Source: an uncultured Klebsiella sp. (lineage in GTDB: Bacteria; Verrucomicrobiota; Verrucomicrobiia; Limisphaerales; SXTU01). Taken from it: 64,000 nt of DNA. The stretch covers positions 2,787-66,786 of the forward strand of contig CAZQEW010000008.1 of the NCBI GenBank assembly GCA_964591495.1, given 5' to 3'. Shown here one piece after another: positions 54,042-63,069 of this stretch. The position numbers and the translations under genes were made by a program. The notes below the pieces were generated by a model. That model was not told where the DNA came from. It worked only from the letters and a program-made list of their open reading frames with translations, and made no database searches. The stretch's first letter is position 1, and every line of letters begins with the position of its first letter.

Positions 54042-54655
54042 GGAGTGTCCCCAGCCGGCTGCTCGTCTTCCTCAAGGCACCCCGTCCCGGCGCGGTGAAG
54101 ACCCGGCTTGCCGCGGCGCTCGGGCCGGACGCCGCCTGTGCCGTTTACACCGAACTCCTGGAAACGCTGCTGGCGCGGCTGTCATCGCTCCCCGGCGTGC
54201 AGCTGTGCTACACCCCTTCCGAGGCCAAAAGTGAAATCAAGCCATGGCTGCGGCCCGGCTGGACTGCGTGCCCGCAGACGGGCGGCGACTTGGGGGCGCG
54301 ACTTCAAGCTGCTTTCGCAGACCATTTCGAGTCCGATGCCCGGCGCGTCGTCGTCATCGGCTCGGACTGTCCGGAAGTCACGGCGGCGGACATTGAGGAT
54401 GCGTGGCTGGCGTTGGAGGCCCACGATGTGGTGATCGGTCCGGCGTTGGACGGCGGTTACTGGCTCATCGGTCTGAGCGCCTCCCGGCCCGGCCTGTTCA
54501 CGGGCATGCCCTGGAGCACGGACCGCGTGTTCACCGAGACCATGTGCCGCGCTCGCGAGAGCGGCCTGCGGGTGGCCGTGCTGCGTGAACTGGCCGACGT
54601 GGATACCCTAGAAGATTGGGAAAGGTGGCAGGCGCGCACCAAACCACCGACCTGA
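54038..54655 (+). CDS. DUF2064 (TIGR04282-like) glycosyltransferase-family protein
   Basis: 205 aa. Has LLVFLKAPRPGAVKTRL, GDLGARL, IGSDCPE, DGGYWLIG and PWSTDRV. Overlaps the MFS stop as ATGA. Confidence 0.7.
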   Translation: MRSVPSRLLVFLKAPRPGAVKTRLAAALGPDAACAVYTELLETLLARLSSLPGVQLCYTPSEAKSEIKPWLRPGWTACPQTGGDLGARLQAAFADHFESDARRVVVIGSDCPEVTAADIEDAWLALEAHDVVIGPALDGGYWLIGLSASRPGLFTGMPWSTDRVFTETMCRARESGLRVAVLRELADVDTLEDWERWQARTKPPT

Positions 54656-54686
54656 CCGATGGCGGGATGACTGGAGCGGGCAAGCC

Positions 54687-55967
54687 TCAGGCTTTGAACT
54701 CCAGCCCGGTCAGCGTGCCAGCGCTGGTGCCAAATTTGTCCGTTTCAATCCCCAGCCCCTGGAGCAGGTTGACGTAAAGGTTGCAGAGCGGCGGCGGATT
54801 CTTTGGGTCAAAGTGCAGGTGCTGGCCGTGTTTGAAGCCGCCGCCTGCGAGGAGAACTGGCAGGTTCGAAGTGGAGTGACTGCTGCCGTCACCCAGATTG
54901 CTGCCGAGGAAGACACTGGTTCGGTCCAGCAGCGTGCTGCTGTCTTCTTTCGACTGCTTCAGCCTCATCAGCAAGTCGCGAACAGTCTTCATGGTTTCGA
55001 CCTCGACGATTTTGAGCTGAGCGAGCTTGCTGGGATCCTTGCCGTGGTGGGAGAGGTCATGATGCCCCAGCGTCACCCCTTGAATCGGCGGGGCGTAGGT
55101 CGAGCCGCCAAGCATGATGGTGATCAGCCGGGTGGAATCCGTTTGAAGCGCCAGGTGCGTGAGGTCGAACAGCAAGCGTGTGCGGCTGATCAGGTCGGCG
55201 GTGTTGGTAACGTCAGTGGGCGGCTTCACATCCACCTTGGGCTTGGGCTTACGCGCCCAGCTTTGGTCGTTCACCATGCGGCGTTCCAGCTCGCGGATGC
55301 TGGTGAGGTATTCGTCGAGCTTGTCGCGATCCTCACCGCCCAGTTTGGAGCGGACGGATTTCGCCTGGTCGCCCACGTCGTCAAGGATGCTGCGACCGTC
55401 TTCCAAACGGCGCATTTGTTCCTTCACCTCCTCGCTTTTGCCCTCCAGGAAAAGCCGGGCAAAGACCTTTGCAGGCGAATTGTCCGCAGGGATGAGTGCG
55501 CCGGTGCGGGTCCAAGAAAGTCCCCCCGCGCCCTCGCCCGACAGCGCGAGGCTGGGAAAGCGGGTCTGGGTGCCGATGTGCTCGGCGGCAAACTGGTCGA
55601 GCGAGATGGCGTTGCGGAAGCCGGGCCGGCCTGCTCCCGGCACGCCGGTGAGAAAACTCGCCGAGGCTTGGTGTGCGAAGCTCGAACCCATTCCGGCGTG
55701 CGCAAGCCCCGAGACAACGGTGAACTCGTCACGGAACTCGCCCAGGATTTCAAGATAGGGGGACAATGCGTAGCTCCGGCCAGCTTGTTGCGGGAAGAAG
55801 TAGTCGGGGTGGAGGCCCAACGGCGCGCAGATGCAGACCATGCGGCGCGGGGTGGCGCTGGCGGACGGTCGCTTCGCTTCGGCTGCAAGCAGGTCGAGCC
55901 ACGGCAGTGCGAGCGAAACGCCAGTGGCACGGAGGAACCTGCGGCGTTCGATGTTCATGGTGGTCAT
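54687..55967 (-). CDS. DUF1552 domain protein (Tat signal)
   Basis: 426 aa. Begins MNIERRRFLRATGVSLALPWLD. Has the blocks HHDLSHHG and LPVLLAGGGFKHGQH. Confidence 0.85.
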   Translation of the reverse strand: MTTMNIERRRFLRATGVSLALPWLDLLAAEAKRPSASATPRRMVCICAPLGLHPDYFFPQQAGRSYALSPYLEILGEFRDEFTVVSGLAHAGMGSSFAHQASASFLTGVPGAGRPGFRNAISLDQFAAEHIGTQTRFPSLALSGEGAGGLSWTRTGALIPADNSPAKVFARLFLEGKSEEVKEQMRRLEDGRSILDDVGDQAKSVRSKLGGEDRDKLDEYLTSIRELERRMVNDQSWARKPKPKVDVKPPTDVTNTADLISRTRLLFDLTHLALQTDSTRLITIMLGGSTYAPPIQGVTLGHHDLSHHGKDPSKLAQLKIVEVETMKTVRDLLMRLKQSKEDSSTLLDRTSVFLGSNLGDGSSHSTSNLPVLLAGGGFKHGQHLHFDPKNPPPLCNLYVNLLQGLGIETDKFGTSAGTLTGLEFKA

Positions 55968-58348
55968 TTTGATTGGAACACGGGACTGCGCACGATCTCG
56001 TGTATCAGGGCACGAAACCCGTGGTTTTGGGTCCGAAGCTTTTGGACAATCGCTTCGACATGTGGTTGATCCACTTTGGCGGGGGCGGCACCGGTCGCGT
56101 AGGTGAGCAATTTCTCAGTCAGGCAGCGCGCCAGCTGGTCTTTGTCTTCGAGCAGCAGCCGCTTGTATTCGTCGATGTCGCGGAAGCGCCTTCCATCGGG
56201 CAGGGCGTCGGCGGCCTCCACCATCGGGCCGGGGCGCACGCGCCGGCCCTGGCTGTCTTTCTCGCCGTTGTTCGCCAGCGCGCGGTAGCGCTCCCGCCAG
56301 CCGCCGATCACGTCGAAGTTTTCCAGCGCGAATCCCGGCGGGTCAATTTTCCGGTGGCAAGTTGCGCAGCTTTCCACCTGCCGGTGCTTGGCCAGCTGCT
56401 CCCTGATCGTCGTGGCTCCGCGGATGTCCGGTTCAATGGCTTCGACGTCTGGCGGCGGCTTGGGGGGCGGTGTGCCCAGGATGCGTTCCAACACCCAGGC
56501 GCCGCGCAGCACCGGTGAAGTGGTCGTGCCGTTGGCCGTGACCTTGAGCACGCTGCCCATCGTCAGCACGCCGCCCCGGCGGCTGCCCGGTGGCAGCGTG
56601 ACCCGGCGCATCTCCGTGCCCTCAACTCCCGCTATGCCGTAGTGTTTCGCCAGCCGTGCGTTGAGAAAAGTGAAGTCGGCCGAGACGAAGCTCGTGAGCG
56701 GCAGGTCCCGCCGCAGCACCTCTTCGAAGAAGAGCGTCGTCTCCTTGAGCATCGCCGTTTTGAGCATGTCGTCATACTCGGGATAAAGGGTTCGGTCGGG
56801 CAGCGTCGCATCGATCGCCCGGAGCCCAAGCCATTGACCGGTGAAATTCACCGTGAACGCCTTGGCCTTCGGGTCCGCCAGCATCCGCTCGACCTGCTGC
56901 CGCAACACTTCCGGCTGGTGGAGTCGGTTCGCGGCGGCGAGCTGAAACAGGGTCTCATCCGGCATCGAACTCCACAGGAAATACGAGAGCCGGCTGGCGA
57001 GGGCGAAGTCGTCCAGTCTGGCCGAGCCTGCGGGCTCGCGCAGGAACAGAAAATTGGGCGAGACAAGAATCGCCTTGAGGCCAACGCGCATGGCCTGCTC
57101 GAAGGAATAGTTTTGGTCGAGCTTCGCTTTCACCCGCGCCAGGAATGGTTGGAGGTCCGCCTCCGTGACGGGCCGACGGAACGCCCGCCGCGCAAAGTCG
57201 CGCAGCACGCGCTCGGCGTCGGCCAGGGGCTGGGTTGAGACAACCTCGCGGCGGTCGGGATCCGTTGCGCTGGGCACTCGCTCCTGACGCAGGTTGCCAA
57301 AGATGGCCTTGTGCGAGGGCGGCGGCCAGGATTCGAGCAGCGGTCCCTCAACGTCCATCCACTGGATCACCAGACCAGGGCCGGTGTATTTGTCCGCTCC
57401 AATTTTCTCCACGGCCGGCGGCAACGCGGGCAGGCCGTCGGCGATGATGCGGATGCGATTCTCCGGTTCGAGCTGTTCGGTGAATTCGATGACCGTGGGC
57501 TGATCCGCCGGCACCGCGAAGTAGTCGATCAACCGCTCTTCCGTCACCTCCTTGAGGGTCCCGGCATTGACATGGAAGTTGACCGGCTTGCCGCCGCTCT
57601 GAAAGCCGTATCCGGAAATGCGGAACCGGTATTTGCCCCGCACGTGGCTGCGAAAATTCCACATCGTCACCCGGATGTTCGCGGATTCCCACACGGCGAA
57701 AATCGCGACGCCATCGTCCACATGCCGATACACGCTGCCGGTCGGCTTGACGCTGCGCTCCTCTTTGAGATCGAAGCGCTTCTTGAGAATCCACGGCTGT
57801 GGCCGGTTTGCGATGGCTTCGTCCAACACCCGCCCCGCCGCATCAAGATAGCTGCGCAGCAGATACGATGATGTGTGCAGGAGCTCGGCGGAGTTGTCGA
57901 AGCCGCTCGTCGAAGTGTCCGGCGGCAGCAGGTCGGACAAATCTACCTCCACGCCCAGCAGGTCGCGCATGGTGTTGGCATACTCGGCACGGTTGAGTCG
58001 CCGGAGCACGACCCGGCCCTCAGTTTCCCGCCGGGTGATTTCCGCCGCGTTAATCCGCGTGCCGATCCAGCTCGCCAGCGCCTTTACTTCCGTAGCCGGT
58101 GGCCGCGGCTTGTCCTTTGGCGGCATGTCGCCCGCTTCGAGCTGTTCCAGGACGCGCTCCCAGTGACTTCGGTTGGCCTTGTTCGTGAAATCCGGCGTCA
58201 GCGTGTCCACCCGGATGCCGCCTTTCGGCTTCGTGCCGCCGTGACATTTGAGGCAATGCTGATCAAAGAAGGCGCGGAAGTCTGCGGCTGCTTCGGCAGC
58301 GCGGCTTACCGCGGTCAGCAGCCCGAGCGCGCCGATGAGGCCCATCAT
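55964..58348 (-). CDS. DUF1592/DUF1588/DUF1585-family protein with cytochrome c-like CxxCH motifs
   Basis: Has CLKCHG near the N-terminus and CATCHRKIDPPGFALENFD near the C-terminus. The start is uncertain (58348 is proposed, and the ORF stays open to 58600). Overlaps the DUF1552 gene as ATGA. Confidence 0.8.
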   Translation of the reverse strand: MMGLIGALGLLTAVSRAAEAAADFRAFFDQHCLKCHGGTKPKGGIRVDTLTPDFTNKANRSHWERVLEQLEAGDMPPKDKPRPPATEVKALASWIGTRINAAEITRRETEGRVVLRRLNRAEYANTMRDLLGVEVDLSDLLPPDTSTSGFDNSAELLHTSSYLLRSYLDAAGRVLDEAIANRPQPWILKKRFDLKEERSVKPTGSVYRHVDDGVAIFAVWESANIRVTMWNFRSHVRGKYRFRISGYGFQSGGKPVNFHVNAGTLKEVTEERLIDYFAVPADQPTVIEFTEQLEPENRIRIIADGLPALPPAVEKIGADKYTGPGLVIQWMDVEGPLLESWPPPSHKAIFGNLRQERVPSATDPDRREVVSTQPLADAERVLRDFARRAFRRPVTEADLQPFLARVKAKLDQNYSFEQAMRVGLKAILVSPNFLFLREPAGSARLDDFALASRLSYFLWSSMPDETLFQLAAANRLHQPEVLRQQVERMLADPKAKAFTVNFTGQWLGLRAIDATLPDRTLYPEYDDMLKTAMLKETTLFFEEVLRRDLPLTSFVSADFTFLNARLAKHYGIAGVEGTEMRRVTLPPGSRRGGVLTMGSVLKVTANGTTTSPVLRGAWVLERILGTPPPKPPPDVEAIEPDIRGATTIREQLAKHRQVESCATCHRKIDPPGFALENFDVIGGWRERYRALANNGEKDSQGRRVRPGPMVEAADALPDGRRFRDIDEYKRLLLEDKDQLARCLTEKLLTYATGAAPAKVDQPHVEAIVQKLRTQNHGFRALIHEIVRSPVFQSK

Positions 58349-58502
58349 CCACGCGCCGCGGTGGCGTTTGGCCAGTTGACGGGCAAATTTGCCGGGTCGT
58401 GAAGTAATGCTCAAAGCAAAGCCTGACACTTGCTCGTCGTCAACGCACACCGTCACCATTTTTCCTTTGCGTCCCAAGTGCCATTTCGCGGCTAATCTCT
58501 CC

Positions 58503-59528
58503 ATGCTCAACCTCGCTTTCGTTGGCCTCGGTTTCATGGCCGCCACGCACCTCAAGGCGCTGCGGCAGGTGCCCGGTGTCCACGCCGCCGCGCTCTGCAA
58601 CCCCAGCGGCCGTCACCTCGACGGCGACTTCACCGGCGTCGCCGGCAACGTGGGCGACAACGCGCCGGTAAAGCTGGAGCCAGGCAGCTTCAAGGCCTTC
58701 CGTGACTACGCCGCCCTGCTCGCCGACCCGGACATCCACGCCGTGGACATCTGCGCACCGACGCTGGCGCATCGCGACCTCGCCATCGCTGCGTTGCGCG
58801 CGGGCAAGCACGTGCTCTGCGAGAAGCCCCTGGCCCGCACGGCCGCTCAAGCGCGCGAGATGGCGGCGGTCGCGGCCGAGACGGGACGCATTCTCATGCC
58901 GGCGATGTGCCTGCGCTTTTTCCCCGAGTGGGTCTGGGTGCGCGCGGCCATTGCTGACGGGCGCTTTGGCAAGGTGTTGTCGGCTCGCTTCCGCCGTGTG
59001 GCCGAGCCGCCGGGCTGGGGCCAGCAGAACTTCCTCGACGGCGCAAAGTCCGGCGGCGCGCTGCTGGACCTGCATATCCACGACACGGACTTTGTGCAGT
59101 TCTGCTTCGGCCGCCCGCGCGCGGTGCGCTCTGCTGGCTACTCGAAAATCAGCGGAGCGATTGACCACGTCGTGACGGAATACGAGGTGGCCGGTGGCGC
59201 GCTGGTCCATGCCGAGGGCGCGTGGTGCTTCACGCCCGGCTTCGGCTTCAACATGAGCTACACCGTGAACTTCGAGCGTGCGACGGTGGACTATGACCTC
59301 GCGCGCGGCGCGGATGCGCTCAAGCTCTGCGAGGCTGGCCAGCCCGCCCAGACGCTCAAGCTCGGCCAGCCCGACGGCTATGTCGGCGAGCTGCGGCACT
59401 TCGCGGAATGCTGCACGGCCGGCATGCCGACGACCGTCGTGACGGCGGCGGACGGCGTGAGCGCGATGGAGATTTGCGAGGCGGAAGAAGCATCGGTGCG
59501 CGAAGGCCGGCGCATCGAGCTGGCGTGA
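58503..59528 (+). CDS. Gfo/Idh/MocA family oxidoreductase
   Basis: Starts at the internal ATG. MLNLAFVGLGFMAATHLKAL fits a Rossmann fold, and VLCEKPLA is present. Confidence 0.85.
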   Translation: MLNLAFVGLGFMAATHLKALRQVPGVHAAALCNPSGRHLDGDFTGVAGNVGDNAPVKLEPGSFKAFRDYAALLADPDIHAVDICAPTLAHRDLAIAALRAGKHVLCEKPLARTAAQAREMAAVAAETGRILMPAMCLRFFPEWVWVRAAIADGRFGKVLSARFRRVAEPPGWGQQNFLDGAKSGGALLDLHIHDTDFVQFCFGRPRAVRSAGYSKISGAIDHVVTEYEVAGGALVHAEGAWCFTPGFGFNMSYTVNFERATVDYDLARGADALKLCEAGQPAQTLKLGQPDGYVGELRHFAECCTAGMPTTVVTAADGVSAMEICEAEEASVREGRRIELA

Positions 59529-59589
59529 ACTCCCCGCGCCTTTGCGCTGTCCGTTCGTCCCCGGCTGAGTTTTAATCCCCGCGCAGCTC

Positions 59590-61506
59590 ATGTGCGCCAT
59601 CTGCGGCATCGTCAACTTCGACCGGCGGCCCGTCCCGGAATCCGAGCTCGTCACGATGCGCGACGTGATGATCAACCGCGGTCCGGAGCACGGTGGCCAG
59701 TGGTTCGGTGGCCACGCGGCGCTCGGCCACCGGCGGCTCCGCATCATTGACCTCTCCCCGCTCGGCAACCAGCCGATGACCAACGAGGACTCCACGGTGT
59801 GGGTCACGTTCAACGGCGAGATTTACAACTTCCAGTCGCTCCGGGAGGAGCTGAAGGCGCTCGGCCACCAGTTCCGCTCGCACTCCGACACCGAGGTCAT
59901 CGTCCACGGCTTCGAGGAGTGGGGCGAGGGCGTCGTCGCGCGCATGGACGGCATGTTCGCCATCGGCGTCTGGGACACGCGCAAGGACACGCTCCTCCTC
60001 GCCACCGACCGCTTCGGAAAAAAACCACTCTACTACTCGCAGCACGGCGCGACCGTGCGCTTCGCCTCCGACAGCAAGGCCTTTTGGTCTCTTCCCGGCG
60101 CGGCGCCCACGGTGAATCCCGCGGCGATTGACTGCTACCTGCACCACCTCGCTGTCACCACCGACCACACGATTTGGAATGAGGTGAGCAGGCTGCCGCC
60201 CGCGCACTACCGAATCTTCGAACGTGACGCTGCGGGTGCGCTGCGTGCCCGCGAAGTGCGTTACTGGCAGCCCAACTTCCGCCACAAAATCCAGGCCACC
60301 GAGGTCGAGGCGCTGGAGCGCATTGACGCCGCGCTGCGCGAAGCCGTCCGCAAACGCATGATTGCCGACGTGCCGCTCGGCGCGTTCCTCAGCGGCGGCG
60401 TGGACAGCAGCCTGGTCGTCGCGCTGATGAGCCAGCTCGCCAACAAGCCGGTGAAGACCTTCAGCATCGGTTTCGAGGAACAGGACTTCTCCGAATTGGA
60501 ATACTCCGACGCCGTCGCCAAGCGTTACCAGACCGAGCACCAGCAAATCCGCCTGAAGCCCGACGTGCTCGAAATTCTCCCCTCGCTCGTGTGGGAATAC
60601 GGTGAGCCCTTCGCCGACTCCTCCGCCATTCCGACCTACTACGTTTCGAAAGCCGCGAAGGAATTTGTGACCGTCGCGCTGACGGGCGATGGTGGCGACG
60701 AGCAGTTTGGCGGCTACGACATCGCCCGCGCTTCCTTCCACGCGATGCGCTACGACGCGTTGATGCCCGGCTTCGTGCGCGGGCCTTTGGAGGATTGGCT
60801 CTTCGCCGCCGAGCGCACCGGCCTCGCCCAAAAGCTCAAAACCCTCGCCACCCACGCCAGCCCCGACCCCGCGCGTCGCCACGGCTACTCGATGGCCTTC
60901 AACCAACGCCAGCGCGAAGCCCTCTACACCGACAGCTTCCGCGCCAGCCTCGGCGCGCACCGCCCGTGGCACATTTTCGAGCGCCATGCCGCCACAATGG
61001 CCGAGTTGTGCATCCTCGACCAAAACCTCTACCACGTCCTCATGGCGCGTCTGTCCAACGACTACCTCGTGAAGGTGGACGTGGCCTCGATGAAGGTCGC
61101 CCTCGAGCTCCGCAGCCCCTTCCTTGACATCGACCTATGCGCGCTCTCCAGCTCCCTCGACCCGTTGCTCAAGGTGAAGGGTGGCGTGCAAAAGTATCTG
61201 CCCAAGAAGCTTGCCGAGCGCTACCTGCCGTGGGAAGTCATCTACCGTCCGAAGAAAGGCTTCAGTCTGCCGCTCAAGCACTGGCTCCGCACCGACTTTG
61301 CCCCGCTGCTGAATCGCCTGCTTCCCGACGGCAACCTCGTCAAGACCGGCTGGTTCAAGAAAACCGAAATCCAGCGCCTCATCGCCGAACACACCAGCGG
61401 CGCGACCCAGCACACCCACCGCCTCTGGTCCCTCCTCTGGCTGGAGCTGTGGCACCGCATCTTCATCGAACGCTCAATGACAGGACAGGAAAGCCTCGCG
61501 AAGTAA
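59590..61506 (+). CDS. asnB: Asparagine synthase (glutamine-hydrolysing)
   Basis: 638 aa. Begins MCAICGI (N-terminal nucleophile Cys). Has the PP-loop SGGVDSS. Confidence 0.9.
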   Translation: MCAICGIVNFDRRPVPESELVTMRDVMINRGPEHGGQWFGGHAALGHRRLRIIDLSPLGNQPMTNEDSTVWVTFNGEIYNFQSLREELKALGHQFRSHSDTEVIVHGFEEWGEGVVARMDGMFAIGVWDTRKDTLLLATDRFGKKPLYYSQHGATVRFASDSKAFWSLPGAAPTVNPAAIDCYLHHLAVTTDHTIWNEVSRLPPAHYRIFERDAAGALRAREVRYWQPNFRHKIQATEVEALERIDAALREAVRKRMIADVPLGAFLSGGVDSSLVVALMSQLANKPVKTFSIGFEEQDFSELEYSDAVAKRYQTEHQQIRLKPDVLEILPSLVWEYGEPFADSSAIPTYYVSKAAKEFVTVALTGDGGDEQFGGYDIARASFHAMRYDALMPGFVRGPLEDWLFAAERTGLAQKLKTLATHASPDPARRHGYSMAFNQRQREALYTDSFRASLGAHRPWHIFERHAATMAELCILDQNLYHVLMARLSNDYLVKVDVASMKVALELRSPFLDIDLCALSSSLDPLLKVKGGVQKYLPKKLAERYLPWEVIYRPKKGFSLPLKHWLRTDFAPLLNRLLPDGNLVKTGWFKKTEIQRLIAEHTSGATQHTHRLWSLLWLELWHRIFIERSMTGQESLAK

Positions 61507-61551
61507 GGTTTCATGGCAGGCCCGCAAGCGACACCAACTGAATCGAGCAGA

Positions 61552-62034
61552 ATGAGGCCAACGCTCTATTTGGAAACGACGATTCCGAGCTACCTGACCG
61601 CGCGGCCCAGCCGTGATCCGCTGCTGTCCGGCCAAGCCGCCGCGACCAAACACTGGTGGCGTTTGCGGCGACGCGACTTCGATCTGTTCATTTCGCAGCT
61701 CGTTTTAGATGAGTCCAGACGCGGTGACGCGGGCGCGGCAGCCCGAAGGATGCGAATTCTTGCGGGCCTCCCTCGCTGGCCAGTGACACCCGAGGTGGAC
61801 CGTCTGGCAGAGGCGATTCTCCAACGGCATTTGCTGCCTCCGAAGGCCGCCATTGATGCCTTCCATATCGCCACCGCCACCGTGCATGGCGCCCATTTCC
61901 TGCTGACATGGAATTGTGCCCACATCAACAACCGCGAGATGCTGCCGCAAGTGGAACGGCTGTGCCGAGATCACGGTCACGAGTTTCCTCTGGTTTGCAC
62001 GCCACTGGAATTGATGGGAGTATCCACCACATGA
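61552..62034 (+). CDS. PIN-like (VapC-family) toxin candidate
   Basis: 160 aa. Has LYLETTIPSYLTARPSRD, DAFHIATATVHG and LLTWNCAHINN. I recall this family from memory as PIN-domain TA toxins. Confidence 0.65.
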   Translation: MRPTLYLETTIPSYLTARPSRDPLLSGQAAATKHWWRLRRRDFDLFISQLVLDESRRGDAGAAARRMRILAGLPRWPVTPEVDRLAEAILQRHLLPPKAAIDAFHIATATVHGAHFLLTWNCAHINNREMLPQVERLCRDHGHEFPLVCTPLELMGVSTT

Positions 62035-62213
62035 AAGACGCGATCGTCGCAGAGATTCACCGCCACCGGGCGGAGCACGCCCGGCGGTTCAACTATGATG
62101 TCCATGCGATTGGTGCAGACATCCGCCGGCGTGAGGTCGAAACCAAAGGTCGGTTGGTCGAGGTCAAGAAGCCGGCGGCACTGGGGCGGAAGAAGACGCT
62201 CGCGGGCAAGTGA
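62031..62213 (+). CDS. Small antitoxin-like partner protein
   Basis: 60 aa: MKDAIVAEIHRHRAEHARRFNYDVHAIGADIRRRE... Overlaps the PIN gene stop as ATGA. Confidence 0.55.
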   Translation: MKDAIVAEIHRHRAEHARRFNYDVHAIGADIRRREVETKGRLVEVKKPAALGRKKTLAGK

Positions 62214-62226
62214 GCAGCCCAATCAA

Positions 62227-62469
62227 GTGAGAACAGTTGGCTATATTTTCGCTGCCGCAGGTTCACTGCTGCTTTGCGTTTGCGTGCTCTTCCTCGCATT
62301 GAGTCTCGTTGACCCCATCAGTCTCACTTGGCTTGGCAGACCGGAAGAATTTGTATCGGTTCGGTTGGACTCTGGCGGGCTAGTCTTGCTAGCCGTGCTG
62401 GGTCTGATTTTCTGTTCACTCGGAATTGTATTGGTGAAAAGAAGCGGCAACGAAAACACAAACTTATGA
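62227..62469 (+). CDS. Small hypothetical two-TM membrane protein
   Basis: I propose a GTG start. It has two hydrophobic segments. Its codons are visibly more AT-rich than its neighbours. Its stop overlaps the next ATG as ATGA. Confidence 0.4.
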   Translation: MRTVGYIFAAAGSLLLCVCVLFLALSLVDPISLTWLGRPEEFVSVRLDSGGLVLLAVLGLIFCSLGIVLVKRSGNENTNL

Positions 62470-63053
62470 CCTCCCTCACCTTCCCCTTTACCGAAGCTCA
62501 AGTCCGCGCGCTCAAAGTCGGCGACGAGGTGTCCATCTCGGGCATCGTCTTCACCGGGCGCGATGCGGTGCACAAGTATTTGCACGAGGGCGGCAAGCTG
62601 CCGCCGGGTGTCTCGTTGCGCGACGGTATCATCTACCACTGCGGGCCGGTGATGATGAAGCAGCCGGACGGCTCCTACAAATGCACCGCCGCCGGCCCCA
62701 CCACGAGCATCCGCGAGGAGCCGTATCAGTGGCAGATCATCCGCGACTTCGGCGTGCGCGGCGTCATCGGCAAGGGCGGCATGGGCGAGAAGACGCTCGC
62801 GGCCTGCAAAGAACATGGCTGTGTTTACCTGCATGCCATTGGCGGCGCGGCCCAGGTGCTGGCCGAGTGTGTGAAGAAGGTCCGCAACGTGTATTTCGCC
62901 GAGGAATTCGGCTCGCCGGAGGCCATCTGGGAATTGGAAATCGAGAACTTCCCGGCCGTCGTCACGATTGATTCGCACGGCAACTCGTTGCACAAGGAAG
63001 TCATGGCCGCCAGCAGCGCCGAACTGGCCAAGCACCTCACCGCCGCCCACTAA
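62466..63053 (+). CDS. Fe-S hydro-lyase beta-type subunit (FumA C-terminal / TtdB family)
   Basis: 195 aa. Has GIVFTGRDAVHKYL, YHCGPV and GKGGMG, and ends in a HAIGGAAQ-type block. Confidence 0.8.
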   Translation: MTSLTFPFTEAQVRALKVGDEVSISGIVFTGRDAVHKYLHEGGKLPPGVSLRDGIIYHCGPVMMKQPDGSYKCTAAGPTTSIREEPYQWQIIRDFGVRGVIGKGGMGEKTLAACKEHGCVYLHAIGGAAQVLAECVKKVRNVYFAEEFGSPEAIWELEIENFPAVVTIDSHGNSLHKEVMAASSAELAKHLTAAH

Positions 63054-63069
63054 AAACCCGCTCTCTCCC

